A model generated the notes under the pieces. That model saw nothing but the letters and a program-made list of their open reading frames with translations. It made no database searches and was not told where the DNA came from. From Comamonadaceae bacterium (GTDB lineage: Bacteria; Pseudomonadota; Gammaproteobacteria; Burkholderiales; Burkholderiaceae_C), in assembly GCA_947447355.1 (NCBI GenBank), contig CANFJF010000007.1, forward strand, positions 711-64,710: a stretch of DNA of 64,000 nt. The letters run 5' to 3'. Each line of letters begins with the position of its first letter. Positions within the stretch are counted from its first letter, which is position 1. The position numbers were made by a program, and so were the translations under genes. This document shows, piece after piece, positions 19,351 through 28,643 of the stretch.

Positions 19351-19914
19351 TCAGGCCACCCGCTGAACGTCAGACTTGGCAGCGCCAGTAGCCGCTGAAG
19401 TGCCCGCAGAACCAAACTGAATATCACCAGAAATCTGGCCGCCTTCTTCAATCACCAACTTACCGTAGCGGATCTTGCCGATCACTTTGCCGGTCGCGTA
19501 GATCACCAGCTTTTGACGCACCGTGAGGTTGCCGTCGAACTGACCGTGAATCTCCGCGATGTCGATGTCAGCGGATCCTTTGAAAGCGCCGAGCTCGGAA
19601 ATTTGAATCACGCGGGAGTCCATCGTGGCCTCCACCGTGCCCTCCACCACCAGCGTGTCACAGTCGGTGATCTCAACGCCCTTGAGTTTGATGTTGGGAC
19701 CGACGGTCAGTTTGCTGCCAACTTCTTTGCCGGGTGCCGTAATACTTGATACGGGATGGGTCGCCGTGGTGTCAAAGGCAGGCTTGGCGCCAGCAACGTT
19801 CGGCGGAAGCACCTGAGTTTGAGCATGACTGCTCTGATGATTTTGATTGCTGACGGCGCCTGGGCGCAAGCCAGAAGGTTCGGATTCTCGTCTGCCGAAA
19901 AAGGGGGTGGCCAT
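19351..19914 (-). CDS. Bactofilin (polymer-forming cytoskeletal, CcmA-like) protein
   Basis: Track ORF 19351..19965. The likely start is ATG 19914 (MATPFFGRR). A disordered N-terminus is followed by a beta-helical repeat core (KLKGVEITDCDTLVVEGTVEATM...GSADIDIAEIHGQFDGNLTV...GKIRYGKLVIEEGGQISGDIQ). Confidence 0.75.
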   Translation of the reverse strand: MATPFFGRRESEPSGLRPGAVSNQNHQSSHAQTQVLPPNVAGAKPAFDTTATHPVSSITAPGKEVGSKLTVGPNIKLKGVEITDCDTLVVEGTVEATMDSRVIQISELGAFKGSADIDIAEIHGQFDGNLTVRQKLVIYATGKVIGKIRYGKLVIEEGGQISGDIQFGSAGTSAATGAAKSDVQRVA

Positions 19915-20013
19915 CAAGAAGTTCCTTTGTATGAAAGCAACCCATCCTACCGACAGCTCAGCCAAAAAGCGCCACCGTCACATGCAAGAGGCGTAACGAA
20001 TTAAGTAGACGCG

Positions 20014-20286
20014 TTAAGTGTGGTCGTTCAGCGTAACCGGCGTCACGTCAACCACGGCGACCAACTCACCACCGAAGCGACCGACACCCCACGTTTGCAT
20101 GATGCGTGCGTTCTCCTTTTCAGACTGCATACGCCAAACACACATCGCTTGATGGTGTCCGGCTTGTTCAACCCGAAAAACCTCAAGCTCAGCCACCGCG
20201 CCAAGCGGCGCGCACAAAGCCTGCAAGGTTGACCGCAAACTGTCTAGATTGGTACACGTTTTGAGCGCGTCAAGAGGCGAGGTCAT
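20014..20286 (-). CDS. Hypothetical 90-aa protein upstream of and co-directional with the bactofilin gene
   Basis: This is the inner part of track ORF 20014..20520, taken from ATG 20286 (MTSPLDALKTCTNLDSLRSTLQALCAPLG...). Codon bias looks genome-typical. I recognise no family. Confidence 0.35.
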   Translation of the reverse strand: MTSPLDALKTCTNLDSLRSTLQALCAPLGAVAELEVFRVEQAGHHQAMCVWRMQSEKENARIMQTWGVGRFGGELVAVVDVTPVTLNDHT

Positions 20287-20491
20287 GAGGGTGGTTTTGG
20301 CAAATGAAAACAGAAACATGAAGTTAACGATAGGCAACCTTCGGTTAACTAAGTCACCCGCCTCATCCGTCGTAGGACTAGACCGATTTCGCCTGCTGAG
20401 GACTTTTCTCAGGGCCTGCAACGCAGTACCCTCACACCCAACGTTCATGCTTGGCAATCCATCAAAAAAGACCCGACAAATTACCCAACAA

Positions 20492-22993
20492 ATGCAGCCA
20501 TCCCGCTTCGCCTCAGCCAATCAGCGCAGCCCCCTGCGTCAACCCTTGGCAACCCTGCCAAGTTGGCTCGGCCTGCTTGAGCGCACCGCCCAAGCGGGCT
20601 GCTGGGCACTTGATGTTGTAAGCCAGCAGTTGAGTGTGAGCGCTGGGTTGACGGCCTTGCTTGAACTGAATCAAGCACCCGACTGGACAACTTTTCAGGG
20701 GCTTTTTACAACTGAATCGCAAGCGGCCTTGGCCCTTGCGGTCAATGCTTGTCGCAGTAACGGACAGCCGTTTGAATTGGAGGCTCAAATCGTCCTCCCT
20801 TCGGATCGGCGCCTATGGGTCAGTTCGGGCGGACAAGCCGTGTGCGACGACACGGGTGCCGTCATCTCGATTCAGGGGGCACTGCTGGATTTGTCAGCGA
20901 AGCAGCGAGCAGAGCGCACATCACAGCGGGTCTTGATGCAGCTCAGCACCACGCTGGCCAGCCTCGAAGAGGCCTTTGTCACGCTCGACCGTGAAGGACG
21001 CTTCACCTATGTCAACCCCGAAAGTGAACGCCTTTTGGGGCGTGACAGCAAGGCGCTGCTGGGCTGCCATATCTGGGGTGAACTGGCGCACTACGGCACC
21101 AGTCGACTGCAGCATGACATCATCAGCGCCTTGCAAAGCGGAAACTTCTCAGAATTTGAAGAGTTTTACCCCGTACACAACAAGTGGTTAGCACTGCGGG
21201 TTTATCCGTTTGCCGATGGCTTAGCGGTTTATTTGCAAGATGTCACAGAACGCCACCGTGAGCAGGAACTTCTGCGACTGTTGCAGACCAGCATCGCGCG
21301 GCTCAACGACATGGTGCTGATAGCAGAAAATGGGCACCCAGGGGCATGGCCGAAGATTGTCTTTGTCAACGAGGCCTTTGTGCGGCAAACCGGCTACAGC
21401 CAAGTCGAGGTGATGGGCCGCACACCCGAGTTGCTGGAAGGCCCAAATACCCAGCGCAATGCGCTCAGCCGTATCAACCACGCCCTGCGAAACTCGCTGT
21501 CAGTGAGTGCTGAGCTGATTTACTACAAAAAAAATGGTGAGCTGTTTTGGTTGGAGCTGAGCATGGTGCCAGTGAATTACGAGAACCATGGGGTGACGCA
21601 TTGGGTTGCCGTTGGCCGCGACATCACCGAGCGCAAAGCCGCCGATGAGCAAATCGAGCATCTGGCTTTTTACGACCCTTTGACGCAACTGCCGAACCGG
21701 CAGTTGTTGACGAAAAGGCTAGAGGCGGTGCTGTCCGCCAAGAGCGAATTCAAACCAATTGGTGCGCTGATGTTCATCGACTTGGACAACTTCAAAGTCT
21801 TGAACGACACACTGGGCCATTCTCGGGGGGACATGATGCTGCAGCAAGTGGCCACACGTTTGCTAGGCTGTGTGCGACGCAGCGACACAGTCGCCCGACT
21901 TGGCGGCGACGAATTTGTGGTCATGCTTGAAGACCTGTCCGCCGACCCGGAGACCGCGCTGCAAAAAACACGCGTGGTTGGCGACAAGATTTTGGCAGCG
22001 CTGAGCGTGCCCTACCAACTCAGTGGAAATCAATACCACGGCACCTGCAGCATTGGTATCACGCCCATCGGGATCGTCAACCAAAGTATGGGCGATGCCC
22101 TCAAGCAGGCCGACTTGGCCATGTACCAAGCCAAAGCCGCCGGCCGCAACACATTGTGCTTTTTTGACCCTGAGATGCAGATCGTAGCGACAGCCAGAGC
22201 CACCCTGACCAGCGATCTTCGGCAGGCCTTTTATGACCATCAGTTCATCTTGTACTACCAGCCTCAAGTCGGTGGTGACGGACAGATGGTCGGGGTCGAA
22301 GCGCTGCTGCGATGGCAAAGGGCTGATCGCTTGGTCATGCCCGATGATTTCATTTCACAGGCCGAACAGAGTGGCCTGATCTTGCCGCTCGGCAACTGGG
22401 TCCTAGAGACCGCTTGTGCGCAGTTGGTGGCATGGTCACAACGCCCCGAAACAGAAAAACTGTCCCTCTCTGTCAATGTCAGCGTCCGGCAGTTTTGTCA
22501 CCCTGAGTTTGTCGACCAAGTGATGGCACTGATCCAACGCACCGGCATTCAAGCGAGCCGACTCAAGCTTGAGCTGACGGAAAGCTTGCTGGCCGTTGAT
22601 ATTGACGTGACGATAGCCAAAATGGGCATGCTCAAAGACGCTGGTGTCACGCTGTCAATTGACGATTTCGGCACCGGCTATTCCGCGCTGTCATCCCTCA
22701 AAAAATTGCCCCTCGGCCAGTTGAAAATTTGTCGCACGTTTGTCAAAGACGTGTTGACCAACCCGAACGATGCCGCCATTGCCCGCACCATCATCGGTTT
22801 GGCCCAGAGCTTGGGGCTAGAGCTGATGGCCGAGGGCGTTGAAACCCAAGCGCAACGGGATTTTCTGAAGCGCCACGGCTGCGACAGTTACCAAGGTTTT
22901 CTGTGCAGCAAAGCCTTGCCGATCGACGAGCTGGACACGTTCATCACAGCACATTTTGCTGCGGGTGCGCACGGGTCCACTGGAACAAGTTAG
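20492..22993 (+). CDS. Multi-PAS GGDEF-EAL c-di-GMP signalling protein
   Basis: Track ORF 20249..22993. The start is uncertain, at ATG 20492 or 20447. PAS-like modules precede GGDEF (RRSDTVARLGGDEFVVML, with an RxxD I-site) and EAL (VEALLRW, ELTES, DDFGTGYSAL, EGVE). The usual K-x-D reads KIC. Confidence 0.85.
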   Translation: MQPSRFASANQRSPLRQPLATLPSWLGLLERTAQAGCWALDVVSQQLSVSAGLTALLELNQAPDWTTFQGLFTTESQAALALAVNACRSNGQPFELEAQIVLPSDRRLWVSSGGQAVCDDTGAVISIQGALLDLSAKQRAERTSQRVLMQLSTTLASLEEAFVTLDREGRFTYVNPESERLLGRDSKALLGCHIWGELAHYGTSRLQHDIISALQSGNFSEFEEFYPVHNKWLALRVYPFADGLAVYLQDVTERHREQELLRLLQTSIARLNDMVLIAENGHPGAWPKIVFVNEAFVRQTGYSQVEVMGRTPELLEGPNTQRNALSRINHALRNSLSVSAELIYYKKNGELFWLELSMVPVNYENHGVTHWVAVGRDITERKAADEQIEHLAFYDPLTQLPNRQLLTKRLEAVLSAKSEFKPIGALMFIDLDNFKVLNDTLGHSRGDMMLQQVATRLLGCVRRSDTVARLGGDEFVVMLEDLSADPETALQKTRVVGDKILAALSVPYQLSGNQYHGTCSIGITPIGIVNQSMGDALKQADLAMYQAKAAGRNTLCFFDPEMQIVATARATLTSDLRQAFYDHQFILYYQPQVGGDGQMVGVEALLRWQRADRLVMPDDFISQAEQSGLILPLGNWVLETACAQLVAWSQRPETEKLSLSVNVSVRQFCHPEFVDQVMALIQRTGIQASRLKLELTESLLAVDIDVTIAKMGMLKDAGVTLSIDDFGTGYSALSSLKKLPLGQLKICRTFVKDVLTNPNDAAIARTIIGLAQSLGLELMAEGVETQAQRDFLKRHGCDSYQGFLCSKALPIDELDTFITAHFAAGAHGSTGTS

Positions 22994-23745
22994 CCGCGCC
23001 CGCCGAAAATCGCCGTCCCCACACGCACCATCGTGCTGCCGGCCGCGATGGCAGGCGCCAAGTCAGCGCTCATGCCCATTGACAAGGTGTCCATCGGCTG
23101 AGGTAGCCCTCCCGCTGCGTTGATCTGCGCCAGCAACGCAGATGTGCGTTCGTGCACGGCACGGGCGCTGGCTTCGTCAGGCGCTGGTTCAGGGATGGCC
23201 ATGAGGCCGCGCAACACCAGCCGCGGCAGCTTTGCCACGGCTTGCGCAAGAGCCATCGCGTCCTCAGGCGACACGCCCGATTTGTTGGCACCGCCGTCAA
23301 TATTCACTTGCAGGCAAATTTGCAGCGGCGGCAAATCGGCCGGCCGCTGTTCGCTCAATCGCTGCGCAATTTTCAACCGGTCTACCGACTGCACCCAGTC
23401 AAAATTTTCCGCTACCCAACGCGTCTTGTTGCTCTGAATGGGACCGATGCAATGCCACTCCAACGCGGCTTGCCCAGACTGCGCTGGCTCTGCCAGCCAC
23501 TGCCGCAGGGCCTGGATTTTTTCCACGCCTTCTTGAATGTAGTTTTCACCGAAAGCCGTCTGCCCGGCCTGCACGGCTTCGATCACGGCGTCTGCACCAA
23601 AGGTCTTGGAGACCGCCAGCAAGCGCACGCTGTCCGGCTCACGTCCGGCCGCCACAGCGGCTTGCGTGATGTGCTGTCGCACTTGTGTGAGTTGGCTGGC
23701 GATGCTGGGCTTGTCATTCACCACTGAGTTGTGCAGAAAGGTCAT
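22990..23745 (-). CDS. yggS: YggS-family PLP-binding (PLP homeostasis) protein
   Basis: 251-aa ORF with LLAVSKTFGADAV, FGENYIQE and a C-terminal VRVGTAIFG. It is divergent from pilT, as in many proteobacteria. Confidence 0.85.
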   Translation of the reverse strand: MTFLHNSVVNDKPSIASQLTQVRQHITQAAVAAGREPDSVRLLAVSKTFGADAVIEAVQAGQTAFGENYIQEGVEKIQALRQWLAEPAQSGQAALEWHCIGPIQSNKTRWVAENFDWVQSVDRLKIAQRLSEQRPADLPPLQICLQVNIDGGANKSGVSPEDAMALAQAVAKLPRLVLRGLMAIPEPAPDEASARAVHERTSALLAQINAAGGLPQPMDTLSMGMSADLAPAIAAGSTMVRVGTAIFGGRG

Positions 23746-23838
23746 GCTGCTGACTGTAACGAACTGCCAGCTGACTTTTCGCCAAAGTCAATTTGTAAAA
23801 CTTTTGATTTACATTAAAAGAAACCGAAAAGGCTATCC

Positions 23839-24882
23839 ATGGAACTCACCGAACTGCTGACCACGGCGACGACTCGACAAGCATCAGACCTGCATTTGTC
23901 GTCCGGGCTGCCACCCATGCTGCGCGTGCACGGCGACATGGTCTCGCTGGACTTACCCGCCATGGACGCCGCTCAGCTTGTCCACCTGTTGGCGCAGGCG
24001 ATGAGCCGCCAACAACGCGATGACTTTGCGACAGCGCTGGAGCTGGACTTCGCTTTGGACGTGCCTGCCTTGGCGCGTTTTCGCGTGAATGCGTTTCAAC
24101 ACAGCCGCGGGCCGGGCGCGGTGTTCCGCAGCATCCCGTCAGTCGTGCCGATGCTTGAAACGCTGGGTGCGCCCGCCATCGTCGCAGAACTGGCGCTCAA
24201 GCCGCGTGGGCTGGTGCTGGTGACCGGGCCCACCGGTTCGGGCAAGTCAACCACACTGGCGGCGATGGTGGACTTTTACAACCGCACGCAACGCGGTCAC
24301 ATCATCACAGTGGAAGACCCCATTGAGTTTGTGCACGACGCCAAGAAATGTCTGGTGACTCAGCGCGAAGTGGGCCGCCATACGCACAGCTTCAGCGCAG
24401 CCCTGCGTTCCGCTTTACGCGAGGATCCTGATGTGATTTTGGTCGGTGAAATGCGTGACCTGGAAACTATTCGGCTGGCTTTGTCGGCGGCTGAAACCGG
24501 CCACCTGGTGTTTGGCACACTGCACACGGCCAGCGCCACCAAGACCATCGACCGCATCATTGATGTATTCCCCGCGGAGGAGAAAGAGATGGTCCGCAGC
24601 ATGCTGTCGGAGTCGCTGCAAGGCGTGGTGGCGCAAACCTTGTGCAAGACGGCAGATGGCTTGGGCCGCATTGCCGCGCACGAGATCATGCTGGGCACAC
24701 CGGCCATTCGCAATTTGATCCGCGAGGGCAAAGTGGCGCAGATGTATTCAAGTCTGCAGACCGGCCTGAGCCAAGGGATGCAGACCCTTGACCACAGTCT
24801 GGCTGACTTGCTCAAACGACAGCGCATTACCCCGGCAGAAGCGCGCAGCAAAGCCAAAACGCCGGCGCAGTTTCCGGGCTGA
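23839..24882 (+). CDS. pilT: Type IV pilus twitching-motility ATPase PilT
   Basis: 347-aa ORF with SDLHLSSGLPPMLRVHGDM, the Walker A motif GPTGSGKST, ITVEDPIEF, GEMRDLETI and a C-terminal AHEIMLGTPAIRNLIREGK. Confidence 0.9.
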   Translation: MELTELLTTATTRQASDLHLSSGLPPMLRVHGDMVSLDLPAMDAAQLVHLLAQAMSRQQRDDFATALELDFALDVPALARFRVNAFQHSRGPGAVFRSIPSVVPMLETLGAPAIVAELALKPRGLVLVTGPTGSGKSTTLAAMVDFYNRTQRGHIITVEDPIEFVHDAKKCLVTQREVGRHTHSFSAALRSALREDPDVILVGEMRDLETIRLALSAAETGHLVFGTLHTASATKTIDRIIDVFPAEEKEMVRSMLSESLQGVVAQTLCKTADGLGRIAAHEIMLGTPAIRNLIREGKVAQMYSSLQTGLSQGMQTLDHSLADLLKRQRITPAEARSKAKTPAQFPG

Positions 24883-24971
24883 ACGCCGAAGGTTGACAGG
24901 CTGTGTAAAAATCATTCCAACGGTAGCGACTGCTGCCACACGACCTTTTCCAACCTACAAAGACAACCCCC

Positions 24972-25889
24972 ATGCCGACCAGCACGAACGCCAAAAGCTA
25001 CTCACCCTCTGCCTCCCGCAAAGTCGCATTTATCGGCTTGGGCGTGATGGGCTACCCGATGGCCGGTCATCTGGCGTTGGCGGGTCATCAGGTCACGGTG
25101 TACAACCGCACTGCCAGCAAGTCGGTCGCTTGGTGCGCCGAGTTTGCAGGCACGGCCGCACCACGCCAAGCAGCCACGCCGCGCTTGGCAGCCACGGGGG
25201 CTGACATTGTTTTTTGCTGCGTCGGCAACGACGACGACCTGCGCGGCGTGACGCTGGGCGCAGACGGTGCTTTTGCAGGCATGCAGCCTGGTGCGGTGTT
25301 TGTCGACCACACCACGGCATCGGCATCGGTGGCACGCGAGTTGTACGCGGCCGCCAAAAACCTCGGCCTGCACTTTGTTGATGCACCCGTGTCGGGGGGT
25401 CAGGGCGGCGCTCAAAACGGTGCGCTCACGGTCATGTGCGGTGGTGACGCTGCTGCCTTTGAGAACGTCAAACCAGCGGGCATGGCTTTTTCAAAAGCCT
25501 TCACCTTGATGGGTGACAGCGGTTCTGGCCAGCTGACCAAAATGGTGAATCAGATTTGCATCGCCGGCTTGGTGCAAGGCTTGGGCGAAGCCATCGCCTT
25601 CGGCCAAAAAGCCGGCCTCGACATGAATCTGGCGCTCGACGTGATTGGCAAAGGCGCAGCCCAAAGCTGGCAGTTAGAGAACCGCGGCACGACCATGGTC
25701 GCCGACAAGTTTGACTTTGGTTTTGCCGTCGACTGGATGCGCAAAGACTTGGGGCTGGTCTTGGACGAAGCCAAGCACAACGGCGCACGCCTGCCGGTCA
25801 CGGCCTTGGTCGACCAGTTTTATGCCGACGTGCAAGCCATGGGTGGCCGCCGTTGGGACACCTCCAGCCTGATCAAACGGCTGAAATAA
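24972..25889 (+). CDS. NAD(P)-dependent beta-hydroxyacid dehydrogenase family oxidoreductase (3-hydroxyisobutyrate dehydrogenase-like)
   Basis: 305-aa ORF with the Rossmann motif VAFIGLGVMGYPMAGHL and the family motifs DAPVSGG and GSGQLTKMVNQ. Confidence 0.8.
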   Translation: MPTSTNAKSYSPSASRKVAFIGLGVMGYPMAGHLALAGHQVTVYNRTASKSVAWCAEFAGTAAPRQAATPRLAATGADIVFCCVGNDDDLRGVTLGADGAFAGMQPGAVFVDHTTASASVARELYAAAKNLGLHFVDAPVSGGQGGAQNGALTVMCGGDAAAFENVKPAGMAFSKAFTLMGDSGSGQLTKMVNQICIAGLVQGLGEAIAFGQKAGLDMNLALDVIGKGAAQSWQLENRGTTMVADKFDFGFAVDWMRKDLGLVLDEAKHNGARLPVTALVDQFYADVQAMGGRRWDTSSLIKRLK

Positions 25890-25933
25890 AGCGCCGGCAT
25901 CAGGCGCTGAAAAGCGGCGCAGCGCGGCCAGAT

Positions 25934-26058
25934 CGTCATGGCGAGTTTTCCGAATCGGGCCCGATACCGCAGAAAGACCTTGAACAACAGGCCAAAAATG
26001 CCGTCGCTGCGAGCAGTTTTCAGTCACTGCGAGCACAGCGCGGCAATCCATCACCGCG
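25934..26058. repeat. Copy A (partial) of the mosaic palindromic-unit repeat family
   Basis: CGTCATGGCGAGTTTTCCGAATCGGGCCCGATACCGCAGAAAGACCTTGAACAACAGGCCAAAAATGCCGTCGCTGCGAG...GTCACTGCGAGCACAGCGCGGCAATCCATCACCGCG aligns with the left half of copies B and C. Confidence 0.85.
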
Positions 26059-26067
26059 AATTCAAAC

Positions 26068-26709
26068 TCAGGATTTGCCCGACGCCGGCTGCAGGCGACG
26101 CAGCTCGTCTTCGCTGATGGTCTCAAAAACCCGCACCACCCGTTGCACGCCCGAAATACTGCGTGCAATGCCGGTCACGCGATCTGCCTCACGTTGAGTC
26201 ACACGGCCCATCAGGTAAACGGTACCGTTCTCGGTCACCACCTTGAAGGCGTTGCTTTGCAAGTCGCGCGCATCCAGAATCGCGGCCTTGAGACGGCCGG
26301 TGATCAACAAGTCGCTCGAACGGTCGGCCAGTGACGGTGAGTTGCGTACGCCGAGTTCATTAACGACCGAAGCGACATTTTGAATTGTCTTCACCATGTC
26401 TTCGACCGCCTGCTTGTCTTGCAAGCTGGGCACTTCACCCGTCAACAACACCTGACGGTTGAAGCTGACGGTGCTGACGCGGACACGCGTGCCGAAGCTT
26501 TCGCGCAGACGGCTCAACGTGCGAAGCTCAATGCCCTCGTCTTCGAGCTGGGCACCGGAGGTGCGGCGGTCGGTGGCCACCATGGCCGTACCGGCTGCGG
26601 CACCCCCCAAGACCAGTGGCACGCAAGCCGTGAGACTTCCAGCGCCGACGACAACGGCAGCTGTGAAACCTGCGGCGAGTAGCCGACGTTTAAAAATAGA
26701 TTGGTTCAT
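26068..26709 (-). CDS. BON-domain lipoprotein (DolP/YraP/OsmY-like)
   Basis: 213-aa ORF with a lipoprotein signal (GSLTAC) and two BON-like modules. It sits in the yraN-SIS-BON arrangement known from E. coli yraN-diaA-yraP. Confidence 0.75.
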   Translation of the reverse strand: MNQSIFKRRLLAAGFTAAVVVGAGSLTACVPLVLGGAAAGTAMVATDRRTSGAQLEDEGIELRTLSRLRESFGTRVRVSTVSFNRQVLLTGEVPSLQDKQAVEDMVKTIQNVASVVNELGVRNSPSLADRSSDLLITGRLKAAILDARDLQSNAFKVVTENGTVYLMGRVTQREADRVTGIARSISGVQRVVRVFETISEDELRRLQPASGKS

Positions 26710-27305
26710 GTAGAGACCTCCTGATCACCTAGTAATTGAGCGTCCACACCATCGCAAATACAGTGCAGAACCAAAAGATGGACCTCCTGAATGCGGCTGA
26801 TATGGTCGTGCGGAATGCAGATATGCACATCGGTTTCGCGCAAGGCGAATGTCATCTTGCCGCCGCCTTTGCCGGTCAACGCCACGACGGTCATGTCGCG
26901 TTCGTGGGCGGCGTCAATCGCCGCCAACACATTGGCTGAATCACCGCTGCTGCAGAGGGCTAGCAGGACATCGCCAGCGCCCCCAAAGGCGCGCACTTGC
27001 TTGGCGAAGATGACGTTGAAATCGTAGTCACTGGCGAGGGCAGTGACGACTGAAGAATCGGTGGTGAGCGCAATGGCGGCCAACTCAGGCCGCTCGCGGT
27101 CGTAGCGGCCTACAAACTTGGCTGCAAAATGTTGCGCACTGGCCGCACTGCCGCCGTTGCCGCAGGCCAGCACCTTGCCGCCGCTGGTGACACTGGCGAG
27201 GATGGCCGAAACAGCTGCCGCGATAGGTTTCGACAGGACTTGCGCCGCCTGGTATTTGAGGTCGGCACTGTCAATAAAGTGCTGCTCAATGCGTTTTTCA
27301 ATCAT
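26706..27305 (-). CDS. SIS-domain protein (phosphoheptose isomerase/DiaA-like)
   Basis: Track ORF 26706..27314. The start is ATG 27305 or 27314. GGKVLACGNGGSAASAQHFAAKF and GDVLLALCSSGDSANV are SIS motifs. It overlaps the BON gene by 4 nt. Confidence 0.8.
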   Translation of the reverse strand: MIEKRIEQHFIDSADLKYQAAQVLSKPIAAAVSAILASVTSGGKVLACGNGGSAASAQHFAAKFVGRYDRERPELAAIALTTDSSVVTALASDYDFNVIFAKQVRAFGGAGDVLLALCSSGDSANVLAAIDAAHERDMTVVALTGKGGGKMTFALRETDVHICIPHDHISRIQEVHLLVLHCICDGVDAQLLGDQEVST

Positions 27306-27342
27306 GGCATGCATGATAGCGTCACTGGCTCAAACCCATGTG

Positions 27343-27753
27343 TCAAGGCGCATTAAAAGCCGCTTGCAACCATTCGATGGTGTGCGCTCCTACAGGCCCT
27401 TGCACCAGCACGACGTCAAAGCGACAGGGTGGCAGACTGGCAAAACGCATCAAATAATGCCGCGCAGCAAAAATAATACGGCGCTGTTTGGCGTACGTGA
27501 TGCTGCCACCCGCACCACCATGTGACGCCGTGCTGCGCTGACGCACTTCGACAAACACCAGCGTGCCATCAGGCGTCCGCATCACCAAGTCGATCTCACC
27601 ACCACCACGGCCTGGCGTGTTGAAGTTGGCCTCGACTAGGCGCAAACCCTGCGCCGTCAAGTACGTGCAGGCCAGGGCTTCCGCCGCGTCGCCCCGCCGC
27701 TTGGTGGTAATCTGCTCGGTCGGCTCTGCCGCTTGTTTTTTGGAAAACCACAT
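27343..27753 (-). CDS. yraN: YraN-family (UPF0102) endonuclease-like protein
   Basis: 136-aa ORF. GDAAEALACTYLTAQGLRLVEANF...GGGEIDLVM...VFVEVRQR...CRFDVV matches the YraN pattern. Confidence 0.8.
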   Translation of the reverse strand: MWFSKKQAAEPTEQITTKRRGDAAEALACTYLTAQGLRLVEANFNTPGRGGGEIDLVMRTPDGTLVFVEVRQRSTASHGGAGGSITYAKQRRIIFAARHYLMRFASLPPCRFDVVLVQGPVGAHTIEWLQAAFNAP

Positions 27754-28643
27754 TGAACGCTTCTTTCGACTTGGCCCTGGAGGCCGCTAGGGCTGCCGCT
27801 GGCCTGCAACATTACCCACCAGCCACACTTTACGTGGTTGCCACGCCCATCGGTAATTTGTCCGACATCAGCCTGCGCGCACTGCACGTTTTGGGCTTGG
27901 TGGATGCCATCGGTTGCGAGGACACGCGCCACACACAAACGCTGTTGCGCCAGTACGGCGTCAACAAGCCCTTGCTACCGGTGCACGAACACAACGAAGC
28001 CGAGGCAGCGGTTACGGTCATCAACCGGCTGCAACGCGGTGAGCGCGTGGCCTATGTCAGCGACGCCGGCACGCCCGCCATCAGCGACCCGGGTGCGCGG
28101 CTGGTAGCAGCCGTGCGCGCAGCTGGCTTCAAAAGCATGCCACTGCCGGGTGCCAGCAGCGTCACCACCGCCTTGAGCGTGGCCGGCATCTCTGGCGACA
28201 GCGGTTTTGTGTTTGCCGGTTTTTTACCGAGCAAAGCTGGGGAGCGCGACCAAGCCGTGCAAACCTTGCTGACAGAAAAACGCGCGGTGGTCATTTTGGA
28301 AGCACCGCACCGCATGGAAGCACTGGCCCGCGCCTTTGCGCCGCTGGCTGAGCGGGCCATCACGGTGGCGCGCGAGCTGACCAAACAGTTTGAAGAAATC
28401 GCCACCCTGCCCGCCAGTGAACTACCGGCATGGCTCGCCGCAAATCCACAGCGTCTGCGCGGTGAGTTTGCGCTGGTGTTGCACCCGGCACCGCAAGCTG
28501 CTGCCGCAGACGACGGCGGGCGGGTCTTGAAGTTGTTGCTGGCTGAATTACCGCTCAAGACAGCCGTCAAACTGGCCGCCGAGATCACCGGCGCATCGCG
28601 CAATGAGTTGTATGACGCCGCCCTCAAACTGAAGGCAGAATGA
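27753..28643 (+). CDS. rsmI: 16S rRNA (cytidine1402-2'-O)-methyltransferase RsmI
   Basis: 296-aa ORF with a TTG start at 27753. LYVVATPIGNLSDISLRALHVL...IGCEDTRHTQTLL...VSDAGTPAISDPG matches RsmI. It is divergent from yraN, as in E. coli. Confidence 0.85.
   Translation: MNASFDLALEAARAAAGLQHYPPATLYVVATPIGNLSDISLRALHVLGLVDAIGCEDTRHTQTLLRQYGVNKPLLPVHEHNEAEAAVTVINRLQRGERVAYVSDAGTPAISDPGARLVAAVRAAGFKSMPLPGASSVTTALSVAGISGDSGFVFAGFLPSKAGERDQAVQTLLTEKRAVVILEAPHRMEALARAFAPLAERAITVARELTKQFEEIATLPASELPAWLAANPQRLRGEFALVLHPAPQAAAADDGGRVLKLLLAELPLKTAVKLAAEITGASRNELYDAALKLKAE

Noticed and set aside
20249-20491. An upstream extension of the PAS-GGDEF-EAL ORF to 20249. This would give a 914-aa product that overlaps the 90-aa minus-strand ORF.
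   Set aside because: The extension has atypical composition (MVHVLSASRGEVMRVVLANENRNMKL...) and lies in what looks like the divergent promoter region. Internal ATGs at 20447 and 20492 are more plausible starts.
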